Of a stretch of DNA of 248,000 nucleotides, positions 211,640 through 227,090 are shown one piece after another. The notes beneath the pieces are model-generated. The model made no database searches. It was given only the letters and a program-made list of their open reading frames with translations, and was not told the origin of the DNA. Both the position numbers and the translations under genes were made by a program. Location: assembly GCF_000400465.1 (NCBI RefSeq), contig NW_008806283.1, forward strand, positions 20,001-268,000, given 5' to 3'. The DNA is from Wallemia ichthyophaga EXF-994 (taxonomy: Eukaryota > Fungi > Basidiomycota). How positions within the stretch are numbered: position 1 is the stretch's first letter; each line of letters opens with the position of its first letter.

Positions 211640-213906
211640 ACAAAAAGTTTTCGCATTCATTCTCCACTCCGCTGCTTCCCGCCAACACCAATATCGAATG
211701 GTAGAAATCTCGTTATCCCCACGTTGTCAGCTACACTATTTACTTTGTTGTCAAATCTCTGTCGTAATCCATTCTGGTACTGAAATTTTGTTAACCCCTT
211801 GTATTATCACAACCGATGAACTCACAGTGACGCCAAACAATTTTACACTAGTGGATGACCAATTGGGGAGGGCATTGATGTAGATATCAGACCAAATTGT
211901 GATCAAACGCCACACCAGCAGCGCTTCTGTCCAGTGGAAGCTATCTAGCAATTTAGACTGATTGCCAAGTTGTTTGGATATGTCGACATTGCGCAACTCT
212001 GAGAGAATTGTCGACCTCACTGATTCTTTACGAATGATAGGGAGTAGCTGTTCAAGTCAGATTTGAATAGAAGTGAGAGAAGCAAAACACCCACCTCCGT
212101 AGAAGCTAAGAGAATGGAGTCTAGCGGCAATTTCACTACCCAGCTCCTCACCCACTCCTCTGTCGGCTCAAATTGAGTATCGTTAATCTTGATAGTGTGA
212201 AAGTCGCAGATCATTTTCGGAACATCTCCTCCAAAACTAACTTTATTCTCTTGCAATCTACTCGAATCAATGGATGTAGAGACACGTTCCGCTTGTTTGC
212301 CTTTCGCTTTCTCAGACATCTCATTTTCGTTTGGTATTGATTGTGGCGGGTATGTAACCTGTGATGGTGAGGATGTCGTAGGATTTTCGTGATCAAGACT
212401 ATTTCCCCTACTACCTTGTACTACCTTGAGACCTTTCTGCAGAGTTAAATTTGCTAGTGACTGGAATGAGTCGTTGTTAAGCAATAAAGCATAGATGAGT
212501 GAAGGGTTTGCATTGAGTTGACGGTGGATAACGCCATTGAATGCTTCAAGGATATAGAAGAGATAGCGCGGATTGCCCTTGTTTGCGAACAGAAACTGGG
212601 GCGTAGCTAGCGCTCTATAAATGGATACAAGTCTGACTGCCGACAATTGCGAGAGATGCTTGAGGTACCCGCCCAAATTAGCCAATGCGGCCAAAAGACT
212701 GTCATAAGAGGCAGGATGTATGGAGCTAGTGACTAGATTGTATATAGTACTAACCAAATAATCAGAAAGCCCATGATTGCCATCTTGGAGGGATATTGGG
212801 TTGTCGAGCGATGATCCGAAATTGTGATCGAAACTGAGTGAATGAAGGAGTGAGGCCAGAAGCCTGAGTAAGTTCTGATTATGTGACTGTGTGTTCAAAG
212901 CCGTAATCAACCTGGTTGATATAGATAAGTAGTGATTTGAATGTGAGAGATATAGTTTGAATTTCGGATTAAGATCGATGAGACGCCATAAGAAGAGCCA
213001 AAGCTGAAGAACATTTGGGTTTTGTATGTAGTGAGATTTGGATATAGCTTTGAGAGAATAATTGGGAGCGGAAGACTCATCTATAATAGACAAGGAGCGT
213101 GTTAGGATGAAATCAAAGTCAATCGATCTGTGCAGCTTAGATAGGGACTTGGAAAAGGTTGAGGATGAGTTGTAGATGAGTACAAGCAACAAGTCCATGG
213201 ATAAGAGTGAAAATTTTGATAGGATGGGAGTGAGTGGGAGATAATTGAGCTGTTTAGTGGATATCGAGGTATTGAGTAGAGAAGAAAGTAAAACCAAAAC
213301 AATTTTTCTGTCTAACGAATTGAGGTAGCCTATGAGTTGGTCATGAACGGGTAGAATGGACTGGGGAGTGGAATAAAGGGGTGGAGACAAGACGGCGAGT
213401 ATGGAAGAGAGAATGAGAGCTCTGTGAGAGTTGAGATTGTTGTCATTGGGGGTGTCAGATGAGAGGCCGACGCCCTTAACCCAGATCGAGAGGGTGTAAG
213501 TGTTGTTGAGGCGGAAGAGAGACTTGATGGAGGAGGTGAGGAGGGAGTTGTAGTCTATAGCATTAGACATTGCAGGTAAGTAGCCTAAATCGTAGTAGAC
213601 GGGGAAGAGCTTGGAGAAGATTCTATGGATATTCAAAGCGTGGTTCGTAGTGGTACCATCCAATTGAGACACCAAATAACGTATCAAAGTGAAAATATTT
213701 TCAGATAAAGACAAGCGAATATCATTAACGGTTAATAAGCTATTAAGATCATCATCATTTTCAATCAAATCAATGAATTTAAACCAGTAATCGACGTCGT
213801 CTGGGTGTACCAATATCGATTTAATTCTGTTTATCCCATTGGCAGATAGTCTGAAATCAATTTTGGAGTTTGATTTTTTGAATTTATTGGAAAGGAATTC
213901 CATCAT
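211640..213906 (-). CDS. HID1/Ecm30-family protein
   Basis: LNANPSLIYALL, FEPTEEWVRSWVVKLPL, W..T.VKLF. Confidence 0.75.
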
Positions 213907-213919
213907 GCCTAAGTGATGA

Positions 213920-214250
<331 letters not shown>

Positions 214251-214332
214251 TTAGCTTGCAGCATACAGCGCAGGCCCTGGCTGCTGATAATCTGTTATCT
214301 GTGAATTATTCATTAGCTTTATACGTTCCACT

Positions 214333-215145
214333 CTATTTATTACCTACGCCTTGCTGTGAATCATACATATTTGGCAAATATATTCCTGGATCCTGTTCAT
214401 TGTATCCACCTGGGAATTTTACTGTATCGCTTGGATACGCGTCTCCGCCTCCTTGCACCTGCACATTGATGCATGATGGATAAAATTCGCATCCTCCAAC
214501 CATATTCGCTTCGTGTAGCGCTATTATTTCGTGTCTGATCATGTAGTTGCCTGATGCTATATCCCATGGTACTGTTGCCTTGACTGTATTGAAATTCTTT
214601 AGTGTCGCCTGCTCCCACATACCATCTGGTCTCTTATCATCCTCTGAGATTTTGAAAAAGTCGATTGTTGTAGGATCAACATTCTTACAATCGCCGTTGC
214701 AGTTGCCCATGTATGTTATAATTGGTCCAGTACTATGTGGCCATGGAATACCATCCTCACCGCCATTCCAAATGAACTCTACGTCAGTACCAGCAGCAAC
214801 TGGGGCACTGTATTCTGAGGGGACTGAATCTCGACCACACTTGGACCTGTGTTAGTGGATCCCATCATTTTCATATATAAAGTTCCAACTCACAGACAAA
214901 TTAGGTGAGTAAATGTCTTTAATTGGCTTCGTGTTGGTTACTTGACGGATTGGGCCTTTAGATTTGATCTCCGAGTCGTCGCCGTAGTTTGGATAAGGTC
215001 CTGTATGTGTTTGGTCGTTGAGTATTACCTCTGCGGGGAATTTGAGTAGGTGTCTCAGAGAGAGCAATATAAACGCACGCTTTACGATGCCATGTGCAGC
215101 GACCAGGCTGAGCAAAGAGGATACTGTGAGTGCTTTCATGATCAT
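214333..215145 (-). CDS. AA9 lytic polysaccharide monooxygenase
   Basis: Signal ending AA|HG (His1), YMIRHEIIALH, EFYPSCINV. Confidence 0.85.
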
Positions 215146-215357
215146 AGTGCTGCTTAAGGAAATATGTTTTATCAAATTGAGATATTTATCCACTGGTATG
215201 AATAAGTCTAAATTCGTCGACGATCGAAAATTCCGGGTGAGGACAGTGGAGTGGCTGGCTGGCTGGCTGGTGGCGTGTGGATTTTATTTAGTGTTTTCGT
215301 TGATATAGACACGTATACACGCAGTGCTGTTCCTCCCATCTCTTCTCTTCCACCTTC

Positions 215358-217091
215358 ATGTCTTCTGCGGTTGAAAACAAGAAGAAGTCGCAGCTCAGCA
215401 AGAATCAGCTAAAGAGATTAAAGAAGAAGAGTAAAAGCGGGGAGGAACCGGTTGCACACGATGCGGTGGCAGAACCAGCGGCAGAATCAGCAGAATCAGC
215501 AGAACAGCCACACCCACAAGACGCACAAGAGGAATCCATAGACACTGAAAATATCCCAGAGGAATACAAGCAGATCTTCCTTAAATTCCAGCCTCAAGAA
215601 GATACACAGCCTGTAAGAACTCACGCAACCACATGATAAACAACACTCACCAACACAACACAGGAAGAAGCAGCAAAGAATGAATGGCTTTACAGCGATG
215701 ATGACGATGACGAGGATTTAAAAAAGGAAGAAGAGCACCTCTCCAAGAAGAAGCAGCGCAGAATAAACCGTTTATCCGTCGCAGAGCTCAAGTCGCTAGT
215801 ATCCAAACCTGAGATTGTAGAAGCGGTAGACACGACATCGCGTGATCCACGTCTACTGATCCACCTCAAATCCTACAAAAACACAATCCCCGTGCCCTCC
215901 CACTGGGCCCAGAAGCGTGGTTTCCTCGAAGGCAAGAAGGGCATAGAGAAGCCCGCGTTTCAGCTGCCCTCATATATTGCAGATACTGGCATAGGCGTAC
216001 AGCAGGACGCAGTGAAGGAGCGTGAGGCTGAGATGTCCCTCAAGCAGAAGACACGCCAACGTGTCCAGCCTCGCATGGGCAAGATGGACATCGATTACCA
216101 GAAGCTCCACGAAGCTTTCTTTAAGTTCCAAACCAAGCCGCCTATGTCTGACTACGGCGAGACGTATTATGAAGGCAAAGAGTTCGAAACTTATGTCAAG
216201 GAGAGAAAACCCGGTGAAATAAGCACAGAGCTCAAGGAGGCACTCAGTATACCACCTCTCGCTCCCCCACCATGGCTCATCGCTATGCAGAGATATGGTC
216301 CACCACCTAGCTATCCCAACCTCAAAATCCCGGGTCTCAACTATCCTATCCCTGAAGGTGCTCAATGGGGCTTCCATCCTGGTGGTTGGGGCAAACCACC
216401 GACTGACGAGTATAATCGCCCTCTCTACGGTGATGTCTTTGGTGTTATTCCAAAATTCAACCCTGATTCGGTTGACAATATTGACAAGAGTCTTTGGGGG
216501 GAGATATTATCTGAAGAGGAGCAGTCGTCTTCTGATGAAGAGAGTGATGAAGATGAGGATGAGGAAGATGAGGAGCAGGAGCAAGATCAGATACAGCCAG
216601 ACGAAGATGGTGAGGAGATGGATGGTATGGAGACACCATCTGGTATGGCATCGGTTGCTACTACTGCGCCAGGCGCTGGATTGGAGACGCCCGCTTTCAC
216701 AGATTTAAGGAAGGGTGCAAGAGGTGATGACACGCCTAGAGAACTTTATCAAGTTCTTCCAGAGAGGCAGGCTGCAGTGGATGGATTGATGGGATCAGAG
216801 AGGGTGTATGACATGCCAACGCTCGGCAAGGAAAGCTCAAAGAAGCGCAAATCGGGCGATGTCCAACTAGCCATTGATCCTGAAGAGCTGGCAAAAATGT
216901 CGGATGAGCAGATAAAACAGGCTTACGAGGAGCAGAGTCGGAGTAGTGGGAATAGAGTGCATGTCCCAGGTGCTGATAGGGCTGAGGACTTTACAGATAT
217001 ACTTCAAGAAGGACATGGCAAGCGACAGAAGAAAGATGAGAGGAGAAGAGCTGATAAAGAGGATAATAGGAAGGATAAATTCAAGTTTTAG
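215358..217091 (+). CDS. CUS1: SF3b subunit 2 (SAP145/Cus1)
   Basis: VPSHWAQKR, KMDIDYQKLH, PPPWLIAMQRYGPPPSYP. Confidence 0.92.
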
Positions 217092-217239
217092 AGAGCTACT
217101 TGCAGTTGTAATGTATACATATTAGTATTTTGATGAGAAGTAAGATTTTCATAGAAGGCTTGGATGGGGAGGCACATAACACACTCATCAAATAGCCGGA
217201 CCAAGTTGTTTGTATATCGTGCATATGAGTAAAACAAAG

Positions 217240-217790
217240 AAGGAGACTTAAATTAAACGACAGTACCAGCGTTAGAAGCGATACGTGGCCATAAGTCAGC
217301 GCATTCCTTTGCGACGGCTGGTAAAAGGATTGTGAGATAGATATAAGTAAATTAGGATAAAACCCACGACCAGTGATAGCTGAACCCTTCATTTCACCCT
217401 TTGGGTTGGTGATGACACCGGCGTTGTCCTCAAAGTAGAGGAAAACACCATCACGTCTTCTCCAAGGCTTACGTTGGCGGACGACGACGGCAGGCATGAC
217501 CTTCTTACGCAATTCAGGCTTACCCTTCTTGACGGTAGCCATGATCATGTCACCGGCACTGGCGGCAGGGAGACGGTTAAGACGAGCACCGCTGTGGAAG
217601 ACGGCGACGACGTAAAGGTTCTTTGCACCAGAGTTGTCAGCGCAGTTGAGAACAGCGCCAGTTGGAAGACCGACTGGAGGGAATCAGCGGGAAAAAGGGG
217701 AAAAAGGGGATATTTACGGGTCATACGGAACTTGTTACCTGGAAGAAGAGTGAGTAAAAAAGAAAGCTGTAAACGAGTTCACTGCGCACC
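217240..217790 (-). CDS. RPL23: 60S ribosomal protein L23 (uL14), multi-exon
   Basis: [34 protein letters not shown]. Confidence 0.93.
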
Positions 217791-218368
217791 TTGGTTTTGA
217801 ACCTGGGATTGAGCACCGTCAATTGAGCCATTCCAAGGCTAAAAAAAGGCTTCAACTAACCTTACTCATCTCACTCTAAACGGCTATATTAGTTGTGCAC
217901 TACTCGCAGGTATTTTCACCCACTAAAGAATTTGGCCTTCAGCTAGCGAAGTCGAAGAAGGATTTACGACTTTTACCAGAATAAAATTTGTGTTTATATT
218001 GTGTGAGTTGAGGAGGGAGATAGCTGTGTAAATGAATGTATTCTGCTAATCTTTGGCTTGTTTTCTGCTGTCTGCGCTGCGTGTGTGTGTAGACCTGCGT
218101 ATGATGTTATCGACATTCTAGGAATCGTGAGCGGTGTTGTGTACCAAATAGCATGCTTGAATACTCCAGCTATTCTCAATACCCAGCTCACCCTTTTCTA
218201 CCTCATATCGCTCAAATTCCACTCAAATCTCTCTGAGCTGGCACAAACACCAGAAACGGCGAGATGGAGCGCATTTAGCGGGTTAAAGCGTGTTCGGAGT
218301 GATATTACAGCCACTACAGCTTCAAATCTCCCACTTTCCCTCCATCCCCTTCTCTGTCTAGCACGCCC

Positions 218369-218474
218369 ATGAACAACTCAGCGACACAAACTGAGAATCC
218401 CGTTGTATGGCGCACGCCGCAGTACTACAACGTGAAGAAGAAGCAGCCAAAGTACGGCGAGCAACAGCAACAGC

Positions 218475-218529
<55 letters not shown>

Positions 218530-221288
218530 GCAGCAGACACAGCACTCCAATCTTCCCCCACAGCAACTCATACCAAGAGCATCGCAGCCACAGCAACAGA
218601 CTGAGCCCAGCGATCTAAGCCTGGCAAATATACTCCACTACTTGCAATCAGAATGGAGGAGGTGCGTGTGGTCTATCGAGCGTATGTGTAACGTCTCACT
218701 CCCAGCAGATATGAGAGAGATCGCAATGAATGGGAAATAGAAAGGGCAGAAATGAGAGCGAGACTGGCTCTGCTTGAAGGCGAGAAGAGAGCTACTGACA
218801 ACGTCAAATCTGACCTTTTGCGACGCGTCAAAATGCTCGAATACGCTTTGAGGCAGGAGAGAGCTAAGTTTATTGCTCTCTCGAATCCACGCTCCACTTC
218901 TCCGAAATCAGCCAACTCTGGGGAATCGAACGATGACAAGAACGCAAGTGGAGGTGGAAATACAAACACAAACACAACTTCAAATACAAACGCATCAGCT
219001 ATCCATCCAACTAAAAAGGCCACTTTAAAGTTTGATGGCGATGACAGTCAGAAATCTGATGACAGCCCTACTCTCTCCTCTTCAAATACTCTGCTTAACC
219101 ACTCTCACAACAATTCTTCGCTCCCTCAGTGGCTTAAATCATCCAATCACGCTAAAGACACTAAAACTCGCTCGAAAAGTCGACAGTATTTGCAGCAGTG
219201 TCTTGAAGAAATCACTTACCTCACTGATCCATCGACTCTCAATCCACTTACGGGTAGACCATACAAGGACGTAGACGGATTGGAAATCGAGAAGTTACCA
219301 CATTCTGTGCCAATGGAGTCAACGTCACCAAATTCCTCCGAAAAAATCAATCAGCAGTTATCAAACAGCTTATCCAACTCAGTTACAATCGATGAGAGTA
219401 GCGGTGGTCCAATAGTATCACACCCAATTGTCGAAAACGAGGAGAGTGTACGAGCTCAACTTGCAACTCCATCCGGACCATCATCTCCTCCAGTCATCGC
219501 TAGCAACATATTCGATCAGAAGGCGCAAGAGATGCACAAGACGCAGACTGAGCCCGAAGAGCATGATGACGATGAAGATGATCAGGATGACCAAACTGTC
219601 ATTGACCAAGATAACGACGCTAATGATAAAGAGGAAGAACAAAACGGTGATGATAATCCTGAGGCTGAGGCTACTTTCACTCCAGTCACACACTCTAATG
219701 ACCAAAAGGATACCACAAAAACGAATGAAACCATTGATGAGGATGCCAAGGTTTCCAAAGAGCAATTGGAAGACGAAAACCTGGTTAAACCTGAGGATCC
219801 AATGAATGCTGATGCTCCAAGTGAAGCTAAAGCTGAAGCTGCGGCTGAGAAATCTGAGCATTCTGCGCAATCTACCCAGCCTCAGACGGAAGGAGCAGTT
219901 GAACCAGCAAACCACCCTGAAGATGTAAGTAAATGAAAAGCAAATGCTTTACAGCACCTCCTTCTCATTAAATAATCTTTACCTATTCTACATTCTACAT
220001 ATACTTGACATGCATTGTCGCTTTTTTTTCATTCGAGACACAGACTGACACGATTTAAATGCAGTTACAGTTGAAAGTAGCTCCATTGATCGACGTACAA
220101 AATGGTGAGTGGAATGAAATGAAGATTGTGCGTTACTGAGTTTCTCTGCCAGTAGAAGATGAAGTAGATAGCGAGAGCATGCGCTCGAACAGCTCAATCA
220201 AGTCAACAGGATTATGGAAGTGGTGGAAGACGCTGCGAAGGTGGGTTAAAGGAGGAGGGGAGGTAGATAAAAGCGAGAGCTATCAAAACTAACACACAAC
220301 CAGCCACACTGATCCTATCCGCGCTGTGGTGTTCATCAAGCTGAATGCGGACGAGACGATGATGATAACAGGGGGAGATGACACGGTTTTGAGGTATTGG
220401 AGAGTACCACCTTCCACTGACAAGAGTGTGCTACTCCCCAGTGTCAATCTGCGCGCTCACACCGCACCAATAACTTCAATAGCCGCTTCTAAGACGAAGA
220501 AGGTAGTTTATACAGCCAGCATTGATAGCACGATACGCGAATGGAAACTGACGGAGCGGGATGGAGATGTTATCGATCTCCATTCGCTCTCGGGGAGGAT
220601 CTTCGAGGGTCATACAAACGCTGTTTGGGGAGTCGTGTGTACACAATCAGGCAAGCTCATCAGCGTCAGCAGCGACTCGACGATGAAGATCTGGAATGAG
220701 GAGACAGGTGCGCTGGAAAACACTATCAACCTCGACACGCCGTGTTCGACGATCGATTTATACGAAGAGAGTGAGAGTGGGAGTGAGAAGGAAACTATCA
220801 AGGTGGCAGTTGGATTGACTGACCAGAGAGCCATCGTGATGGATCTCACCAATCTCAGCACGCCGTTTTTAGAGCTAGTAGTGGACGATGCAGACACAGA
220901 AGCGAATGCTCAATTCAACAATGTCGTACTGGACGACGATAGGCTGTTTAGTGCGCACGAGGATGGCAGGATCAGATTGTGGCTGCTGTCCACTGGACAG
221001 CGTATCGAGACGCTGATGGCACATCTAGACAGCTGCACTGCAATTAAGTTGCAACCCTACTCAAACGTACTCGCCAGCGCTAGCCATGACTGCTCAGTTA
221101 GGTTCTGGTCGACAGAGAAATTCAGCCAAATTGATGGCCCTGGAGTTGCGCATGACGCTTGCGTACAAGAATGTGGTGGACATAGGAAGCTGTTCGGCGA
221201 GGGTGTCAACGAAATAGCGGTAAATAATGACGGCACGCTGCTTGCTAGTGCAGGTGCAGATGGGGTAATCAAGCTGTATTACAAGTAG
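218369..221288 (+). CDS. Striatin (STRIPAK) WD40 protein
   Basis: LANILHYLQSEWRR, ARLALLEGE, VKMLEYALRQER; WD40 C-terminus. Confidence 0.88.
218458..218535 (+). repeat. (CAA/CAG)n polyglutamine tract of about 25 Q
   Basis: Read directly. Confidence 0.95.
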
Positions 221289-221299
221289 GAGTATGTACC

Positions 221300-222029
221300 A
221301 CGCAATTCAAATGCATCATTCATACAAGGTCCAATTAGACGTCAGCGTGAGCTGGGAACTCAAAGACGACATCCTTGCCAGCGAGACGCTTGTAGATGGA
221401 TTCGAAGGAGGTGAGCTTGTGCTCGAGGATGTGTGAGTCCTTAGGGTCAAGGAAACTGATTACATAGTTAGCACGCGAGCTCTGCAGGAGAATATCAGGG
221501 TATTCTCGAGCGCGCTCCAGCGATTAAACGAAAACACGGTCGAAAAATCCAAAGAGGGGACTCACCACTTGATCAACTTGCTGCCGTCAGTGGATTGACG
221601 GAGACGCTTACCGACAATCTCAGAAGGGAAGACAATGTCCTCGAGGATGGCTGCGTGGACAGCGGTGAGAGTACGAGAACGAGGTCTTTGTTGAGGTTGC
221701 TTTTGGTTGCGAGTTGGCTTAGGGAGGATACGGCGTTGGGCAACGAAGACGACGTGACGGTCAGAGAACTTCTTCTCGAGCTCACGGGTCAAGCGCTGTT
221801 GAACCTTGTGGAAAGCCTTGACTTGAGGAACAGGAACAAAGACAACAATAGCCTTCTTACCGCCCTTTACATCAACCTCACGAGCAGAGGAGATGGTGAG
221901 TGGTGCGAGCTCGGCCTTGAGGTCTGGGACGTTGTTGCCGAGGTCGATTAAAGCTTGACCAACTGATAATTCAATTTCGTCTGGTTGGACGCGTGCTGCG
222001 TTAGCGGAGCGTTGAATCTTAGAGGCCAT
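221300..222029 (-). CDS. RPS7: 40S ribosomal protein S7
   Basis: [35 protein letters not shown]. Confidence 0.95.
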
Positions 222030-222526
222030 GGCTTTATTGGTGTCCCGGTGGTTTTCACTGAAGAGGCGAAGACGCTGATTGGAAAAAATTAAGTGCCAAT
222101 TTTCATTTTATTTTTGACGACCATTGGATATCTATAGACGGTCTTTGTGGGTTTCTGTAGGTCTTTGGTTGTGGCTCTTTGTCCATCTAACCGCCACCTA
222201 ACTCCACCCACTTGAGTTGTTTCAAAAATTTGTCTGGGGAAGCGAGTGAGGAGCGGAGATACCTAGGTAGCAGCTACATGCACCAGAACATCCTAAACCT
222301 TCTTGATTCCCATCAAATTCCTTCAAAAGTGAAGATTTTCCGGGATGCTTCTCGAAGGCGAGGTAGACGTGATTGAGAGGCTGGAATCACAGCATACAGG
222401 GAATACATAAACATTTAACATTTACAAAGAAATTTGAATATTTTTATATTTTATAACACACTTGTGACGTGTCAGTGTGTACTACGTAGCGCGATACGCT
222501 GGCAAACATCTTAAACTCATACCACA

Positions 222527-224540
222527 ATGAACATCAATTTCAGGCATACGCTCAGCCTTCTCCTAGTGGGAATCCTGGCAATCCTTGGATGCCTATCTAG
222601 CGTACAAGCACAAGAGAATGATTATGGTTAGTGTCTTGCTGGTATTTTGTATCATCCAGCTCACACGGCTCATAGGAACTGTTATCGGTATTGATCTTGG
222701 TACCACTTACTCTGCTGTCGGTGTTCTCCGTGGTGGCCGCGTCGATATCATCGCTAATGAACAAGGAAACCGTATTACTCCATCGTGGGTCGCTTTCACA
222801 GACGAAGGAAGACTCGTCGGTGAATCTGCAAAGAACCAGTACTCTCAAAACCCTACAAACACTGTTTTCGACGCTAAGCGCTTCATCGGTCGCAAAATGG
222901 ATGACCCAGACATGAAACGCGACGTAAAGCACCTTCCTTTTTCAATCAAATCAAAGCAAAACAAGCCTTCGATTGAGGTTGAATGGAAGGGCGATGATAA
223001 GTCTTTCCAACCTGAAGAAATTTCAGCTATGGTTCTCGGTAAAATGAAGGAAACTGCTGAGCAATACCTCGGTACTTCTGTTACTCACGCTGTCGTTACT
223101 GTTCCTGCCTACTTTAACGACGCTCAACGTCAAGCTACAAAGGACGCTGGTACCATCTCTGGTCTCAATGTTCTCCGTATCATCAATGAGCCAACCGCCG
223201 CTGCAATCGCTTATGGTCTCGACAAGAAGGATGACAAAGAATCTCGCATTCTCGTCTTCGATTTGGGTGGTGGTACTTTCGATGTCTCATTGTTATCCAT
223301 CGATGATGGTGTCTTTGAAGTTTTGTCTACTGCTGGTGACACTCACCTTGGTGGTGAAGACTTTGACAACCGTGTTCAAGACTACCTTGTTAAGCAATAC
223401 AAGAACAAGACTGGCCAAGACCCTTCAAAGAACAAGCGCTCAATGGGTAAACTGAAGCGTGCAGTTGAACAAGCAAAGCGTCAACTCTCCTCACAAGCAT
223501 CTACAAAGGTTGAAATCGAAGCCTTTTTCCAAGGTGATGATATGGTAGAGACTCTCACTCGTGCCAAGTTTGAGGAAATCAACAACGACCTCTTCCGCAA
223601 GACTTTAAAGCCAGTTGAACAAGTTCTTAAGGACGCAAAGGTTAGCAAGACTGAAGTTGACGACATTGTACTCGTTGGTGGTTCAACCCGTATTCCAAAG
223701 GTTCAACAACTCCTCCAAGACTTCTTTGACGGTAAGCAACTCTCAAAGGGCATTAACCCAGATGAGGCTGTTGCATACGGTGCTGCTGTTCAAGGTGGTG
223801 TTCTCTCCGGTGAATCATCAGCTGACGATATCTTGTTGATTGATGTTTGCCCACTTACTCTCGGTATTGAGACAACTGGTGGTGTGATGACCAAGCTCAT
223901 TCCACGTAACACTCAGTTGCCAACCAAGAAATCACAAATTTTCTCAACTGCAGCAGACAACCAACCAACTGTGTTGATTCAAGTTTATGAAGGTGAAAGA
224001 TCGATGACCAAGGACAACAACTTGCTCGGTAAATTTGAACTCACTGGAATTCCACCAGCACCACGTGGATCACCACAAATTGAAGTAACATTCGAATTGG
224101 ATGCTAATGGTATTCTCAAGACAACTGCAGCAGATAAGGCATCTGGTCGTTCAGAGTCAATCCAAATCAAGAACGAGAAGGGTAGATTAACACCAGAAGA
224201 CATTGAAAGAATGATCCAAGAAGCAGAAGAATTCGCTGCTGATGATGAGGCACAAAAGTCAAAGGTAGAATTGCGCAACAACTTTGACGGATTCATTGGA
224301 ACCGTCAGAAGTCAACTCAACGACAGCGAAGGATACGGTGGAAAGTTGTCTAAGGAAGACAAGCAAGCATTACAATCAGAGTTGAAGGATGCTGAAGCAT
224401 GGATCCAAGAGCAAGGACAATACTCAGAACCACAAGAGATTGAAGACAAGCTTTCGGAGGTACAAGCATTTGTGTCTTCGATAACTTCAAAGTTGTATGA
224501 AGAAGGTGGACACAGCGACCATCACCACGATGAACTCTAA
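222527..224540 (+). CDS. KAR2: ER Hsp70 BiP
   Basis: Signal exon, [18 protein letters not shown]-terminal HDEL. Confidence 0.97.
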
Positions 224541-224632
224541 ATGTCTTAATATTTCATTTTCTCTTGCATGGATAAATTATATCTTTAGATGGGTTTGAGT
224601 GGGTTATTAAACCTTCTTAGTTGACAACAACC

Positions 224633-227090
224633 ATGTCTTCTCAAGAGACTTCATCGCTGCTTGCGTGGATAAACAGCTACGAGGATGTGCTGGATGGGAA
224701 TTCTGTGACTGAGATAACACAACTATCCGATGGACTTGTTCTTTCTAGGATTCTCAACAAAGTGTTAGTGGTGATGTCACAGCGTGTGTCCTCTAACGAG
224801 AAATGCAGTGACCCAGAAGCATTCCCTGCGCCGCAGAAGAAGGAAACAGACAGCACGTTCACTACAAAATTACAATCACTCACTCGCTTACAAGCCAGCT
224901 TGACTTGTCTTCTCCCAAACCTCCCACCGCTCAACCTAAGTGTAATTGCTTCAACTGCGGCTGAGAATGAGGTTGTCCAGCTCGTGAAGCATGCTCTCAT
225001 TGCCGCCGTTAAAGGCGCTGGTGGACCTTCTGTAGTTCAAGGCATAGGTCAGCTCGGTGAGGATGTCGGTGCGGGGCTGATGCTTGCAATCACCCCAGTC
225101 ATGACTAGACTCGATGAGCCTACTGTCGACAATTCGGACTATTACGCACTTCTCTCCACCCACACCGCACTGACCCACGATAAGAAGTCGATCGAGACTG
225201 CGTACAAGCAACTGCTAGACGATATGCGTTCTTTGCGAGCAGAGCATGACGATACCATCGCTGAGCTTGCTGGACTGCGCGATGAAGCTGTGGATCACCA
225301 ACCGTCTCCGATCTCAAGCCGCGCTGAAGAGTCCCTTCGCAATGAGCTGGTCAGAGTCAAAGACGAGCTGCAGAGGTCGGAAGACTCCCTCGCTGAGTCT
225401 GAGGCGACTAGCGAGCGTCACACTTTGACTATCAGAGATCTGCATAGAAAGATGGACGATCTCTCAGCGAAAGCTGCCGAGACATCTACACTGCGTGACC
225501 AGCTGGAAGAGAACAAACACGCAGCGGCGCAATTGCAGAAAACGGAAAATGTCATCGAAAAGTACAAACAGAAGCTGGAGGAGTCGGCCAGCCTCCGTAG
225601 ACAGTTCAAATCGCTCGAGGACCAGAACGCCAGACTTGTGGATGTCAACGCGTCGCTCGAAGCCAACGCTAAGCAACTCAACGCGACAAAAAGCCTCGCT
225701 GATAACTACAAGACCCAGTTTGTCGATCTCGAGAATAGACATGCGCAGCGCATGAAAGAACATCAACATCTGTCACATGAGCTCACGCAATTGAGATTAT
225801 CGCACAGCGCTCTCGAGGAGGAGAAATTGAGGGCGTCGGAGCATGTCTATCTGCTAGAAGAGAAGTTGAAGGAAATGGAGGTGGATAAAACACACGCTGA
225901 TACACACGAAATACTATCCAAACAGACTCAACATTCTCATGAAAAGAATAGCGATGACTTGGAGCTGGAGTTGAGCGACAATTCGACAACAGATCTCAAA
226001 CTCCAAGTAAGAAGGCTGGTTAAGGAGTTGGAGTCGGTGAGGAGCGACAAAGGGACCGACCCTGATAGGGCTCTTGTGCTCGAGAATGTACTTGCAGATA
226101 CCCAGAAGATGAAGGAGCGCTACGAGGCTGACTGGATGAGCGAACTCACTGAGAAGCTTGATCTGCAGAGAAAAATGGACGAAATCAGGAGGGGTATGGA
226201 TGAAGGGTCGGGTGATGGGTGAGTGTGCGCACCACCGCAGTGCAGTCTAACACTCCAAATAGCCCTGAAGTCGTCACAGCACTGCGACAACGCTTGAACG
226301 AGTCGACGGATCAACTCGACAGGATTAAGAGTAGCTTCGCGGAGCTGCAATCAGTGCATAATGGAGTTACTGAGGAGCTGACTCGAGCTAAATCTGATAG
226401 TGAGCCAAGTGGACCTAACGCGTGTCTCGCTTACCAACCCCGCAGTGACACTCGTTTCCAAGGACCAGATAGACATACTAAACTCGCTGAGGCAGAGTGT
226501 AGATGAAGACAAGCTAGAGATGGGCAAAGAGAACGACAGTCTGAAAGAGACAGTGAGGCGGATGGAGCAGCACGAGAAGGAGACGCTCGAGAAGATGAAT
226601 AGGATGTTGATGGAGAGGGTAGATGAAGGTTCATTAGGGTGAGTGTGACCAGCTACACACGCAAAAAAGCGCTCCTAACCACTAACACCAAGTGCACACA
226701 ACCGCGGCATGACCGAGAGCGACAAGGACTACATGTCGTCGCTGATGGGCGATCTGCACAAACCTCACAGCAGAGAGACGGAGTTGAGCGAGCGGGTTAA
226801 CAAAGCAGAGTCGCAAGTCCACGCACTCACTCTCGCCATGGACGACATGAAGAAGAGACACCTCAAACGTCGCCAAGAAATGTTCCTGAACCACAGCAAA
226901 GTGGCGAGCATGATGGACGACGAACCCGCGAGCGACAGACCACCACAAAAGCACTCGTGGTTGGGTATGCAGAGAGCGAATGTGAGTTTTGAATTTGTAC
227001 AAGAAAACTCAAAATGACTAATGCTGTGCAATCCAGCTCGATGGTTCTCTCTCACCGTAATAACATTATCACTATATCGTTACAATACCA
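224633..227090 (+). CDS. Hook-family dynein adaptor (Hok1-like)
   Basis: LLAWIN...LSDGLVL Hook domain; long coiled coil. Confidence 0.75.
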
